A DNA stretch of 50,159 bases from an uncultured Eubacteriales bacterium (GTDB taxonomy: Bacteria; Acidobacteriota; Aminicenantia; Aminicenantales; UBA8522): the NCBI GenBank assembly GCA_964353705.1, contig CAYGXD010000005.1:14006-64164 (forward strand), written 5' to 3'. Shown piece by piece: positions 8,002-16,728 of this stretch. A program made the position numbers and the translations under genes. The notes under the pieces were generated by a model that did no database searches, was not told the DNA's origin, and saw only the letters and a program-made list of their open reading frames with translations. Within the stretch, counting starts at the first letter, position 1; every line of letters starts with the position of its first letter.

Positions 8002-9078
8002 ATGCCGAGCGAGCTCCCGGAAATGGGCAAGATCTCAGCCGAAGTCTTCGATGAACTGATCTATCCCCGTCTCGGCCGGCGGCGCCGATCGGTCCTGGTC
8101 GGGCCGAAGCACGGGGTGGACATCGGCGTCGTCGATATCGGCGGCGGGAAGGTCATGGCCATGACCACCGACCCGGTGTTCATTGTCCCCGAATACGGGT
8201 TCGAACGGGCGGCCTGGTTCGCCATCCACATCCTCTGCTCGGACGCCGTGACCTCGGCGCTGCGGCCGACCTATCTCTCGATCGATCTCAACCTGCCGTT
8301 GGAGATGACGCGGGAACAGCTTGAGACCGTGTGGAAGACGATCGACGCCGAGTGCAAAAAAATGGGAATCGCCATTGTCTGCGGCCATACCGCCCGCTAC
8401 GACGGCTGTCATTATCCGATGGTCGGCGGAGCTACGGTCATCAGCGTCGGCGCGAGATCGCGCTATGTCACGCCCCAGATGGCCAAGCGCGGAGACATGG
8501 TCGTGATCACCAAGGGAGCGGCCATCGAGGCGACGGGCATCTTCGCCCTGGCCTTCAATGACAGGATCAGGGAGCATTTCGGGGAAGAGTTCAGCCGGCG
8601 GGCCGAGGCCATCTTCTACCAGATGTCGGTGGTCGAGGATGCGCTGACGGCGGCCTCGGTCGGGACGCGGGAGCGCGGCGTCACGGCCATGCACGATGCC
8701 ACCGAGTGCGGGGTCTGGGGAGGGCTCTATGAGGTGGCCAAGGCTTCACGGGTCGGGATGCGCATCGAAAAAGAAAAGATTATCGTCCTCGACGAAGTCG
8801 AAAAAATCTGCGCTCGGTTCGGGATGGACCCCTATTCGTCGATATCCGAGGGGACATTGATCATCACCTGCCGGAAAAACAAGGTGGACCTCCTTCTGAA
8901 AAAACTGGCCGGAAAAAACATTCCCGCCTCGGTGGTCGGCGAGGTCATCCCGCAGAGCAAAGGGGTCATCCTGGTCGAGAGCGGGAGGGAGAGGCCGCTC
9001 GACCACCCCCGCGTCGACCCCTTCTGGCCGGCCTTCGCCCGGGCGCTTGCGGACCGGAAGAAAGGGCGGAAGAGTTGA
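8002..9078 (+). CDS. AIR synthase-related protein (PurM/HypE/ThiL/SelD fold), not canonical HypE
   Basis: MGKI...GPKHGVD...TTDP...GHT...AMHDATECG...SEGTL...DPFW; lacks the C-terminal PRIC of HypE. Confidence 0.82.
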   Translation: MPSELPEMGKISAEVFDELIYPRLGRRRRSVLVGPKHGVDIGVVDIGGGKVMAMTTDPVFIVPEYGFERAAWFAIHILCSDAVTSALRPTYLSIDLNLPLEMTREQLETVWKTIDAECKKMGIAIVCGHTARYDGCHYPMVGGATVISVGARSRYVTPQMAKRGDMVVITKGAAIEATGIFALAFNDRIREHFGEEFSRRAEAIFYQMSVVEDALTAASVGTRERGVTAMHDATECGVWGGLYEVAKASRVGMRIEKEKIIVLDEVEKICARFGMDPYSSISEGTLIITCRKNKVDLLLKKLAGKNIPASVVGEVIPQSKGVILVESGRERPLDHPRVDPFWPAFARALADRKKGRKS

Positions 9079-9488
9079 AGAAACGCGTTCTGTTTCTCTG
9101 CACGTCCAACAGTTGCCGGTCGCAGATGGCCGAGGCTCTGGTAAACCATGACCTGGGGGACCGCTTCGAAGCGTTTTCGGCCGGCACGGACCCAAAGCGG
9201 CCGCATCCGTTGGCTATCCGGGTTCTTGCCGAGATCGGCATCGATCACAGTCCGGCCCGCAGCAAGAGTCTGGACGAATTCGCCGGCCAGGCGTTCGACG
9301 TTGTGATTACTCTGTGCGATTCCGCCAACGAGACCTGCCCGCTATTTTTTGGGGGAGTACGGCGGGCTCATCTCGGGTTCGACGACCCGGCCAGGGCGGA
9401 AGGCACGGAAGAGGAAAGGTTGGCCGTCTTCCGCCGGGTCAGAGATGAAATACGGAGCCAGGTCGAGGGCTTCCTGATCAAGGGCTAG
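9075..9488 (+). CDS. arsC: Thioredoxin-coupled arsenate reductase (LMW-PTP fold)
   Basis: VLFLCTSNSCRSQMAE P-loop, VITLCD...CP, FDDPA; TTG start overlaps the upstream TGA. Confidence 0.9.
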   Translation: MKKRVLFLCTSNSCRSQMAEALVNHDLGDRFEAFSAGTDPKRPHPLAIRVLAEIGIDHSPARSKSLDEFAGQAFDVVITLCDSANETCPLFFGGVRRAHLGFDDPARAEGTEEERLAVFRRVRDEIRSQVEGFLIKG

Positions 9489-9690
9489 TGGTGCGTCTCA
9501 CAAATAACTTGGCTTAGTCATAATCATCGGAAGACGCGCCACCGTGGGGGAGTTTGAGGGGGACGGCATCGTTCCCCTCAGGGGGTCAGCGGAGCAAAGC
9601 GAAGCGCCGAGGGGGGAGGTTGACTCCCCCCTGGAAGTGTCCCGTCTATGCAGAAGACTTAAGCAAGGAATTTACGAGACGGGACACTAG
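9485..9690. mobile_element. Non-autonomous MITE-like structured element bounded by CTAG
   Basis: Left end CTAGTGGTGCGTCTCACAAATAACTTG versus reverse-complemented right end CTAGTGTCCCGTCTCGTAAATTCCTTG (imperfect TIR); four internal hairpins; no coding capacity. Confidence 0.62.
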
Positions 9691-9706
9691 TGACAAAATG
9701 AAGAGA

Positions 9707-9756
9707 TTGACGAAGCAAAAAATTTCGGCTAATATATGAATATATGATCATATAAT
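9707..9756 (+). promoter_or_regulatory. ars operon promoter with ArsR/SmtB-type operator
   Basis: TTGACG(9707)-N17-TAATAT(9730); 12-2-12 imperfect IR AATATATGAATA-TA-TGATCATATAAT (9731-9756) containing the perfect palindrome TATATGATCATATA. Confidence 0.65.
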
Positions 9757-9764
9757 GATTTAAA

Positions 9765-10145
9765 ATGAGAAACGCAATCAAGACACTCAAGGCCATGGCG
9801 GACCCGACGCGGCTGCGGATTCTTCGTCTCCTGCTCCAGAGGGAACTCTGCGTCTGCGAGCTGATGTTCATCCTGAAGATGGAGCAGTCCCGGATCTCGC
9901 ATCAATTGCGGATCTTAAGGGATGCCAGTCTTGTCGAAGACAAGAGAGAAGGGAAGTGGATAACTTACCGGGTTTTGGATAAAGCCCGCCCGAACCTGGA
10001 ATTATTGCTGAATCAGCTGCTGGAAAAACAACTCAGAGAGTCGGACGAAGCGTTTGGCGACTTAGGAAATCTCGAGCTATGTCTCCGGGAAGATGTGCGC
10101 AGGAGGCATTCCTTATCCCCCCAGCAGTCAAGGGAAAATAGCTGA
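9765..10145 (+). CDS. arsR: ArsR/SmtB metalloregulator
   Basis: KAMADPTRLRIL...ELCVCEL...QSRISHQLRILR...REGKWITY; ELCVC arsenite-binding motif. Confidence 0.9.
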   Translation: MRNAIKTLKAMADPTRLRILRLLLQRELCVCELMFILKMEQSRISHQLRILRDASLVEDKREGKWITYRVLDKARPNLELLLNQLLEKQLRESDEAFGDLGNLELCLREDVRRRHSLSPQQSRENS

Positions 10146-10173
10146 GATTAACGCGGACAGCGAGGCAATCAGC

Positions 10174-11655
10174 TTGGAAATCGCCGGTTACCTTCTGAAG
10201 CTTCTGCAGGGCGGACTGGGCAATCTTGCCGCCTATCTGGCTGCGCACGTGCTTTTGTGCCTGGTCCCTGCGTTCTTTATCGCAGGGGCCATGACGGCGC
10301 TCATTCCCAAAGAATCCGTCACCCGCTTTCTGGGCCGGAACGCTCCGAAGTATGTCTCCTATCCCGCAGCGGCGCTGGCCGGCTCAGTGTTATCCGTCTG
10401 CTCGTGCACGGTTGTGCCGCTATTTGCGGGTATCTACAGGAAAGGTGCGGGGCTCGGTCCGGCCATCACCTTCCTGTTCTTTGCGCCGGCAGCTAATATT
10501 CTAGCGCTCGTCTATACGGGCGGGGTGATCGGAGCGGACCTTGCCTTTGCCCGTCTCTTCCTTTCGCTCGCCTTCGGCATCGGGATCGGCCTGATCATGG
10601 CCCTTATCTTCCGCCGTTCCGACATGGCTCACGACGAAAACACTGATGCGCTCTTCGCCGGAAAAGCCGGTGTGCGCCGGGCGGCACTGGCCTTCCTCTT
10701 CATCCTGGTCGCGCTCCTTTTGTCCGGGACACTTAAGATCGGGCTCCTGAGCAATTCCTATGGCCGGCTGACACTTCCCATATCCGGGTTGGAGCGTTTT
10801 CAGGCATTTTTGTTCCGGCTTGTTCCCTTCGACGCCAGCAAAGGGCAGGAAGGCGTCACTGTTCAGGGCGCGATCCTGATCGGTCTCCTTTTCTTGGTCG
10901 CTTTTGTTTCCTGGCGAGGATTGGGGAAAATTTTCGAGGGCTTCAGCCGTTGGACGTGGGCCTCCCTCGGTCTGATCGTACTTACTCTTTTAATTGCTTC
11001 AGCCGGGATGAAACCGCGTGCCGGGGGACTGGACATCTTGTTCACAGGAAAGATGTTCGGGGTCGTCCTGTCGATGATTCTCCTGGGGTATATCGCTTAC
11101 AAGCGCCTGTCGCAGGATGAGGTAAGGGATTTCCTTTGGGAATCCTGGCGGTTCATCAAGCAGATCTTTCCCTTGCTGGTGGTCGGTGTCTTTTTCGTCG
11201 GCGTCATGCGAGTGATCATCCGGCCGGAATGGATCAAAGCGCTGGCGGGGCAGAATACCCTCCTGGGGAATATGGCGGGTGTCCTCTTTGGCGTGTTCAT
11301 GTACTTCCCGACACTGGTCGAGGTCCCGATCGCTCAGATGTTCCTGAGCCTGGGAATGCATCGCGGCCCGCTCCTGGCCTATCTGATGGCTGACCCTGAA
11401 CTCAGCTTGCAGAGCATTCTCATGATCTCAGCCATCATCGGGCGGACCAAGGCTTGGGTCTATGTGGCCTGGGTCGCCCTGTTCAGCACTCTGGCCGGGT
11501 TGATCTATGGCGCCTTGGAGGATGGAGCCAGCATCTGGCTGATGGCGCTCTATCTGCTGGCTTTCTTGTCCCTTTTGGCGGCCGGGCTCTGGTGGATGAA
11601 TAGACGCCGGGCCACGCGACCCGCAACGACGCCGGACGGGTCGACGGGACTGTGA
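10174..11655 (+). CDS. arsP: ArsP/DUF318 family permease
   Basis: HVLLCLVPAFFIAG, SVCSCTVVPLFAGI, GAGLGPA, MYFPTLVEVP, GPLLAYLMADPELSL; highly hydrophobic; TTG start at 10174 inferred (ORF track starts at 10093). Confidence 0.82.
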   Translation: MEIAGYLLKLLQGGLGNLAAYLAAHVLLCLVPAFFIAGAMTALIPKESVTRFLGRNAPKYVSYPAAALAGSVLSVCSCTVVPLFAGIYRKGAGLGPAITFLFFAPAANILALVYTGGVIGADLAFARLFLSLAFGIGIGLIMALIFRRSDMAHDENTDALFAGKAGVRRAALAFLFILVALLLSGTLKIGLLSNSYGRLTLPISGLERFQAFLFRLVPFDASKGQEGVTVQGAILIGLLFLVAFVSWRGLGKIFEGFSRWTWASLGLIVLTLLIASAGMKPRAGGLDILFTGKMFGVVLSMILLGYIAYKRLSQDEVRDFLWESWRFIKQIFPLLVVGVFFVGVMRVIIRPEWIKALAGQNTLLGNMAGVLFGVFMYFPTLVEVPIAQMFLSLGMHRGPLLAYLMADPELSLQSILMISAIIGRTKAWVYVAWVALFSTLAGLIYGALEDGASIWLMALYLLAFLSLLAAGLWWMNRRRATRPATTPDGSTGL

Positions 11656-11681
11656 AATAATCAGCCGGAGGAAAGAGGCAG

Positions 11682-12257
11682 ATGTTTCTCGATGAAATAA
11701 AGATCTCGGAGGTCATGCCCTGTCTGGCGGATCCGGAGAAGATCCGGTTCATCGCCTATCTCGATAAAGACATATCAGAGGTCTTCCCTTATCTCAATGC
11801 CGTCCTGAAAAACGCCATCTACAATCACGAGGGAAAGACAATTACTCTGAAGAAAGAGGGCCGGCTCATTTCTCTCCATCCGGGAAAGATCGCGGCCGGA
11901 AAGGTCATCGATGAACAGGATGCCCGTGACGTCCTGGACTGGCTCAAAAGGGAAATCAACTATTGTCATGAGAACAAAGGCGCCTTGACGCCCAGCTTTG
12001 AACGCCGGCAGAAGCTCACGGCACTGGACATATTCAAGCTGCTTCCCGGGACGAACTGCCGAAGGTGCGGAGATCTGACCTGCCTGGCCTTCGCCGTGAG
12101 GCTCTCCGCCGAAGATGCGAACATCATGGGTTGCCAGGAGATATTCGCCGCCCCTTTTGCCGACAAAAAGAAAATGCTTCTGAGTCTGCTAGCGGCCTCG
12201 GGATACATTGTCCCGAGCGCCTTTGTTCCGGCAGAAATCATCAACAAGGAGGATTGA
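11682..12257 (+). CDS. Fe-S-binding protein (COG4871-like)
   Basis: DISEVFPYLNA N-terminal domain plus C-terminal LPGTNCRRCGDLTCLAFA...C putative Fe-S motif. Confidence 0.8.
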   Translation: MFLDEIKISEVMPCLADPEKIRFIAYLDKDISEVFPYLNAVLKNAIYNHEGKTITLKKEGRLISLHPGKIAAGKVIDEQDARDVLDWLKREINYCHENKGALTPSFERRQKLTALDIFKLLPGTNCRRCGDLTCLAFAVRLSAEDANIMGCQEIFAAPFADKKKMLLSLLAASGYIVPSAFVPAEIINKED

Positions 12258-12258
12258 A

Positions 12259-12498
12259 ATGGAGATCAGAATCTTAGGTCCGGGTTGCCCTCGCTGCCAC
12301 GAAGTTGAAAAAAGGACTCTCAACGTGCTGGCCCAGCTAGGTGTCGCCGCAGATGTCCAGAAGATCTCGGACATCAAAAAAATCATGGAGTACAGCATCA
12401 TCGGGACTCCCGGCTTGGTAATCAACGGAAAGGTCAAGTGCTCGGGAAAGATCCCTTCGCGGGATGAAATCAAGCGCTGGATTCAGGAAGAGCTGTAG
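12259..12498 (+). CDS. Small redox-active disulfide protein (thioredoxin-like, MTH895/TM0996 type)
   Basis: MEIRILGPGCPRC...TPGLVINGKV; SD AAGGAGG. Confidence 0.88.
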   Translation: MEIRILGPGCPRCHEVEKRTLNVLAQLGVAADVQKISDIKKIMEYSIIGTPGLVINGKVKCSGKIPSRDEIKRWIQEEL

Positions 12499-12519
12499 TT
12501 TTATGAGGAGGCGACGAAC

Positions 12520-12927
12520 TTGGACCCCCAGGAAGTCCTAGCCAACAGCAAAACCTTTGCCGTCGTCGGTGCGACGCGGAACAAAGACAAATACGGCTAC
12601 CAGATCTTTCGGATCCTGACCGACTACGGCTATAAAGCCTATCCCGTCAATCCAAACTATGACTCAATTGACGAATTTCCGTGCTTCCCGTCTCTCGCCG
12701 ATCTCCCGGGAAAACCGGATGTGGCGGTTACCGTTGTCCCGCCCGACGTCACCGAAAAGATCATCGATGAAGCGCGCCGGCTGGGCATTTCCACTGTCTG
12801 GATGCCCCCCGGGTCCGGGTCGGCGGCCGCCGTCCGGAAATGTGAGGATTGCCGGCTGGGCCATGTGGATGAGGCCTGCGTGATCTTAGCAGTAAAATCG
12901 CTCGGCTGGCGCTCCGCCGGGAAATAG
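12520..12927 (+). CDS. CoA-binding protein (YccU-like)
   Basis: FAVVGATRNKDKYG...YPVNP...DVAVTVVPP...VWMPPG...ACV; TTG start with GAGGAGG SD. Confidence 0.85.
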   Translation: MDPQEVLANSKTFAVVGATRNKDKYGYQIFRILTDYGYKAYPVNPNYDSIDEFPCFPSLADLPGKPDVAVTVVPPDVTEKIIDEARRLGISTVWMPPGSGSAAAVRKCEDCRLGHVDEACVILAVKSLGWRSAGK

Positions 12928-12981
12928 GCAGGTCGGCCGAGATCTCTGGTCATGAAGACAATCTGGGGAGGAGATAGAAGG

Positions 12982-13419
12982 ATGAAAAAACTCGATTCGG
13001 CCCCACGTTCTTTGATTTTTCTTCTAATCATTATTCCTATCATGATGCCCCGAGCATCGCTGCCCGGACAATCAAGCTCAGCAGCATCGGCCGCGCAGGG
13101 CGCGGTCCTGGTGACGAACAACCTGGAGTTGGATTTCTCCAAGCATAAGGTCACGTTCATCGAACTGGGTGCGGACCGCTGCATTCCCTGCAAGGCCATG
13201 CAGCCGATCATGAAGGAGATCGCCGAGGAATACGCCGGCAAGATACAGGTCATCTTCTACGATGTCTGGAAGGACCCCGCACCGGCCCGTAAGTATGCCA
13301 TCCAGCTCATACCGACCCAGGTTTTCATCGATCAAAGCGGCAAGGAGATTTTCCGTCATGTCGGCCTCTTCCCTAAAGCCGATATCCTGGGCATGCTCAA
13401 AGAAAAGGGAATTCTCTGA
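12982..13419 (+). CDS. Exported or membrane-anchored thioredoxin
   Basis: N-terminal hydrophobic segment; ELGADRCIPCKAM CxxC; IPTQVF cis-Pro loop. Confidence 0.85.
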   Translation: MKKLDSAPRSLIFLLIIIPIMMPRASLPGQSSSAASAAQGAVLVTNNLELDFSKHKVTFIELGADRCIPCKAMQPIMKEIAEEYAGKIQVIFYDVWKDPAPARKYAIQLIPTQVFIDQSGKEIFRHVGLFPKADILGMLKEKGIL

Positions 13420-13433
13420 TACCAGAGAAGAGA

Positions 13434-14120
13434 ATGGAAGGCCTTTTCGGCGACATCTCCCGGCTCATCCAGCACAGCCCCTGGCTTGCGGTCCTGGCTG
13501 TTTTCGTCGGGGGTATAACTACAGCCTCGAACCCTTGTGTTCTAGCCATGATCCCCCTGCTCATGGGAGTTGTGGCCGGCGGGGAGGCCACGAGCGTTAA
13601 GAGGTCGCTCGGCTTCTCCATCCTTTTTGTCCTTGGGCTTTCGATCACTTTCGCCATCCTGGGATTGATCTCCGCTTTGCTGGGCCGGATGCTCGGCGAC
13701 GTCGGCGCCTTTTGGAGATATTTTGTGACGGGAGTCTGCCTCATTATGGGCCTTCACCTTCTGGGCCTCCTGAAGTTCAATTTCAACCTGCCCCGACCCT
13801 TTAACGTCAGGAGGGGAGGTCCGATCGGGGCGCTGCTCTTGGGCCTTTTGTTCGGGGTTGTTTCCACGCCCTGCGCCGTGCCCATCCTGGCCGTTCTTCT
13901 AGCCTATGTCGGCAGCCGGGGGAATGTCATCTACGGAGGATTCCTGCTTCTTATCTACGCGCTGGGCCATTCGGCCTTAATCCTGATTGCCGGTGCGTCC
14001 ATGGGGGCGGCCAAGGGATTGATCGAATCAAAAGGTTTGCGCAGGACGAATTGGGCTCTCCAGAAAATCGCCGGAGTCATCATTATGCTGGTCGGTGCTT
14101 ATATCCTTTTCCGCCTTTGA
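13434..14120 (+). CDS. ccdA: CcdA/DsbD-beta transmembrane electron carrier
   Basis: About six TM segments with the two conserved Cys motifs NPCVL and TPCAVP. Confidence 0.85.
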   Translation: MEGLFGDISRLIQHSPWLAVLAVFVGGITTASNPCVLAMIPLLMGVVAGGEATSVKRSLGFSILFVLGLSITFAILGLISALLGRMLGDVGAFWRYFVTGVCLIMGLHLLGLLKFNFNLPRPFNVRRGGPIGALLLGLLFGVVSTPCAVPILAVLLAYVGSRGNVIYGGFLLLIYALGHSALILIAGASMGAAKGLIESKGLRRTNWALQKIAGVIIMLVGAYILFRL

Positions 14121-14178
14121 AACGAGCTTGATTGAAAGCGATAATGCCAACCTCCCGTAAACAAGAAAGGAAACGCCA

Positions 14179-15234
14179 ATGACACCGGGAAAACCAAAGC
14201 TTAAGTTCCTCGACAGATACCTGACTCTCTGGATCTTCCTGGCGATGGCCTTCGGCGTCGGCCTCGGCTATCTCGTCCCGGCCGTTGTCGGGTTTATTAA
14301 TAAATTCCAGTCGGGGACGACTAACATTCCCATTGCGGTCGGCTTGATATTAATGATGTATCCTCCGTTGGCGAAGGTTAAATATGAAGAACTCGGAGAC
14401 GTCTTCAAGAACGTGAAGATACTCTCTCTATCGCTCGTACAGAACTGGATCATCGGGCCGCTCCTGATGTTCGCGCTGGCCGTCATCTTCCTTCGAAGCA
14501 GGCCCGAATATATGTACGGTCTGATCATGATCGGCTTAGCCCGCTGCATCGCCATGGTCATCGTCTGGAATGACTTGGCCCAGGGGGACCGGGAGTACGC
14601 GGCCGGGCTGGTCGCCTTCAACTCGATCTTCCAGGTCCTGTTCTTCTCGGTCTACGCCTATGTCTTCATCACCGTCTTCCCGACCTGGCTGGGGCTTAAA
14701 GGAACCGCCGTTAACATTACGATGCGCCAGATCGCCGAGAGCGTGTTCATCTACCTTGGCATTCCTTTTATTGCCGGCGTCGTGACGCGATTCAGCCTGC
14801 TCAAGCTCAAGGGCCGGACATGGTACGAGACGAAGTTCATCCCGCGCATCAGCCCGATCACGCTAATCGCCCTCCTCTTCACCATCGTTGTCATGTTCTC
14901 GCTCAAGGGCGAGTTCATCGTCAAGATCCCGCTGGACGTCCTGCGCATCGCCGTGCCGCTCCTTATCTATTTTGTCGTCATGTTCCTCGTCTCGTTCTTC
15001 ATAAGCCGCAAGGCGGGAGCGGATTATCCCAAGGCGGCGACCCTGTCGTTCACCGCGGCGAGCAACAACTTTGAGCTGGCCATCGCCGTGGCCGTGGCCG
15101 TGTTCGGCATCAATTCGGGTGAGGCCTTCGCCGCCGTAATCGGACCGCTGGTCGAAGTGCCGGTAATGATCGGCCTGGTGAATGTCGCCCTGAAATTTAG
15201 AGCAAGATATTTTGCTACTCAGGTCAAAACCTGA
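14179..15234 (+). CDS. acr3: Acr3 arsenite efflux transporter
   Basis: [56 protein letters not shown]. Confidence 0.95.
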   Translation: MTPGKPKLKFLDRYLTLWIFLAMAFGVGLGYLVPAVVGFINKFQSGTTNIPIAVGLILMMYPPLAKVKYEELGDVFKNVKILSLSLVQNWIIGPLLMFALAVIFLRSRPEYMYGLIMIGLARCIAMVIVWNDLAQGDREYAAGLVAFNSIFQVLFFSVYAYVFITVFPTWLGLKGTAVNITMRQIAESVFIYLGIPFIAGVVTRFSLLKLKGRTWYETKFIPRISPITLIALLFTIVVMFSLKGEFIVKIPLDVLRIAVPLLIYFVVMFLVSFFISRKAGADYPKAATLSFTAASNNFELAIAVAVAVFGINSGEAFAAVIGPLVEVPVMIGLVNVALKFRARYFATQVKT

Positions 15235-15354
15235 GGAAGGCTGATGGGCCCGGAATCGTTTATCGCCGGAGATCCGCAGGGTCCATAGATGAATGGGCCA
15301 ATTCGGGAAGGATGACACGTCCGCGCAGAGAAATTCCATTTGGAGTGATCGCTT

Positions 15355-16665
15355 ATGGGCTATAGTGAAAAAGGAGAGATCTTTACGGGATACTTTCCGG
15401 AGAATGATAAAAGAGGGGAAATCGAGTCCGGTTTTGAAGCGAAGATAAAAAGGGACGGCAGCCTGCGGCTGCCTCCAGGAATAGCCCGGAGACTAGGCCT
15501 TGTACCCGGAGCCAAGGTCGCTATCTCCCCGGAGGACGGCCGTTTGATCATTCACCCTCCTATCCACAGCCTGGCCAGGGTCTATATCGAGCCAACCTCT
15601 GTATGCAATCTGACCTGTCAAACGTGCATAAGAAATACATGGACGGAACCGTTAGGTTCTATGAGCATGGAGACCTTTAGCCGATTGGCTGAACAGCTGC
15701 AAAAATTTCCCCATCTTCAATCTGTGATGTTTGGTGGTTTTGGAGAGCCAACCGCTCATAGCGACATACTGTCCATGATCCGGAGCGTCAAATCGCTCGG
15801 CGTCAAAGCCGAGATGGTGACCAACGGCACATTGTTGGATGAAAAAACTATCCGTGGCCTTTTTAACAGCCGTCTGGACACGCTCTGGATCTCATTTGAT
15901 GGGGCAGATGGCGGAAGTTATGAGGATATCCGCAAAGGGGCCAGCTTTCGTCAGGTCATGGGAGGCTTGGAACTCCTTAAAAAATTCAATAAAGCAAGCC
16001 GGCACAAGATTGGTCTTGGCATTGCCTTTGTTGTGATGAGGAAAAACATCCAAGATTTAATGAATCTTGATCGTCTGATTTGGGCGACCGGAGCCAGAAT
16101 GGTCTCCATAAGCAATGTGCTTCCTTATACTGAAGAGATGGAAAGCCAAATGGTTTGCAGTCAAGCGCTTACACTTGAGATGCTCGCGGATATAGACGGA
16201 AGAGTGGAGGTAAGCCTGCCCAGACTTGATGTCACCGATATCACAAAGGATGCTTTTCTCAGTTTCTTCCGAGGGTATTATAATCTCTCCCTTATGGGCG
16301 ATAAAATCAGCACCAAGACCCAACAATGCCGGTTTATCAAGGACCGCTGCACGTTCATCAGGTGGGACGGCAAGATCAGTCCTTGCATGGGATTGCTGCA
16401 TTCCCACACGACGTTTCTTTACGGTCTTCCGCGGACGATCGAATCCTACACTCTTGGAGACGTGAATTCGGCAAGCCTGGTTGAGATCTGGGATTCGGCA
16501 GAATACCAGGGATTCAGGGAGAAGGTTCGGGCGTTTGAGTTTTCTCCGTGCCATCTCTGTGGAGGCTGTGATCTCCTCGAAAAGAACAGAGAAGACTGTT
16601 TTGGCAACACCTTTCCCGCCTGCGGGGGATGTCTATGGGCCCAGGGAATCATTCAGTGCCCTTAA
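15355..16665 (+). CDS. Radical SAM/SPASM protein with N-terminal AbrB/SpoVT-like domain (resembles tungsten-oxidoreductase-associated rSAM maturases)
   Basis: AKIKRDGSLRLPPGIARRLGLVPG (AbrB-like); CNLTCQTC; GGFGEP; Cys-rich tail C...PC...CHLCGGC...C...CGGCLWAQGIIQCP. Confidence 0.88.
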   Translation: MGYSEKGEIFTGYFPENDKRGEIESGFEAKIKRDGSLRLPPGIARRLGLVPGAKVAISPEDGRLIIHPPIHSLARVYIEPTSVCNLTCQTCIRNTWTEPLGSMSMETFSRLAEQLQKFPHLQSVMFGGFGEPTAHSDILSMIRSVKSLGVKAEMVTNGTLLDEKTIRGLFNSRLDTLWISFDGADGGSYEDIRKGASFRQVMGGLELLKKFNKASRHKIGLGIAFVVMRKNIQDLMNLDRLIWATGARMVSISNVLPYTEEMESQMVCSQALTLEMLADIDGRVEVSLPRLDVTDITKDAFLSFFRGYYNLSLMGDKISTKTQQCRFIKDRCTFIRWDGKISPCMGLLHSHTTFLYGLPRTIESYTLGDVNSASLVEIWDSAEYQGFREKVRAFEFSPCHLCGGCDLLEKNREDCFGNTFPACGGCLWAQGIIQCP

Positions 16666-16728
16666 AGGGAGGCTTGATATCGGATTGGGATTGCGGCTAC
16701 CATAGTCGACTGAGGTCGCCAGAGCCGC

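Noticed and set aside
8002-9078. Calling this gene hypE
   Set aside because: No C-terminal PRIC and no hyp or hydrogenase genes in the window
10093-10173. Longer ORF-track starts for arsP and others (4267, 12208, 22985, 28864, 46798, 47437)
   Set aside because: The extensions overlap upstream genes or repeats and lack SDs; downstream starts have SD or promoter support, and most give proper signal peptides or family N-termini
11682-12257. Mercury-methylation (hgcAB) genes, which are sometimes linked to ars operons
   Set aside because: No HgcA cap-helix motif N(V/I)WCA(A/G)GK and no 2x[4Fe-4S] HgcB; this is a different Fe-S family
9075-16665. Possible selenocysteine read-through in the ars/redox cluster
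   Set aside because: All redox motifs are complete with Cys codons; TGA stops fall at expected C-termini, and the in-frame TGA upstream of the rSAM start leads to no meaningful extension
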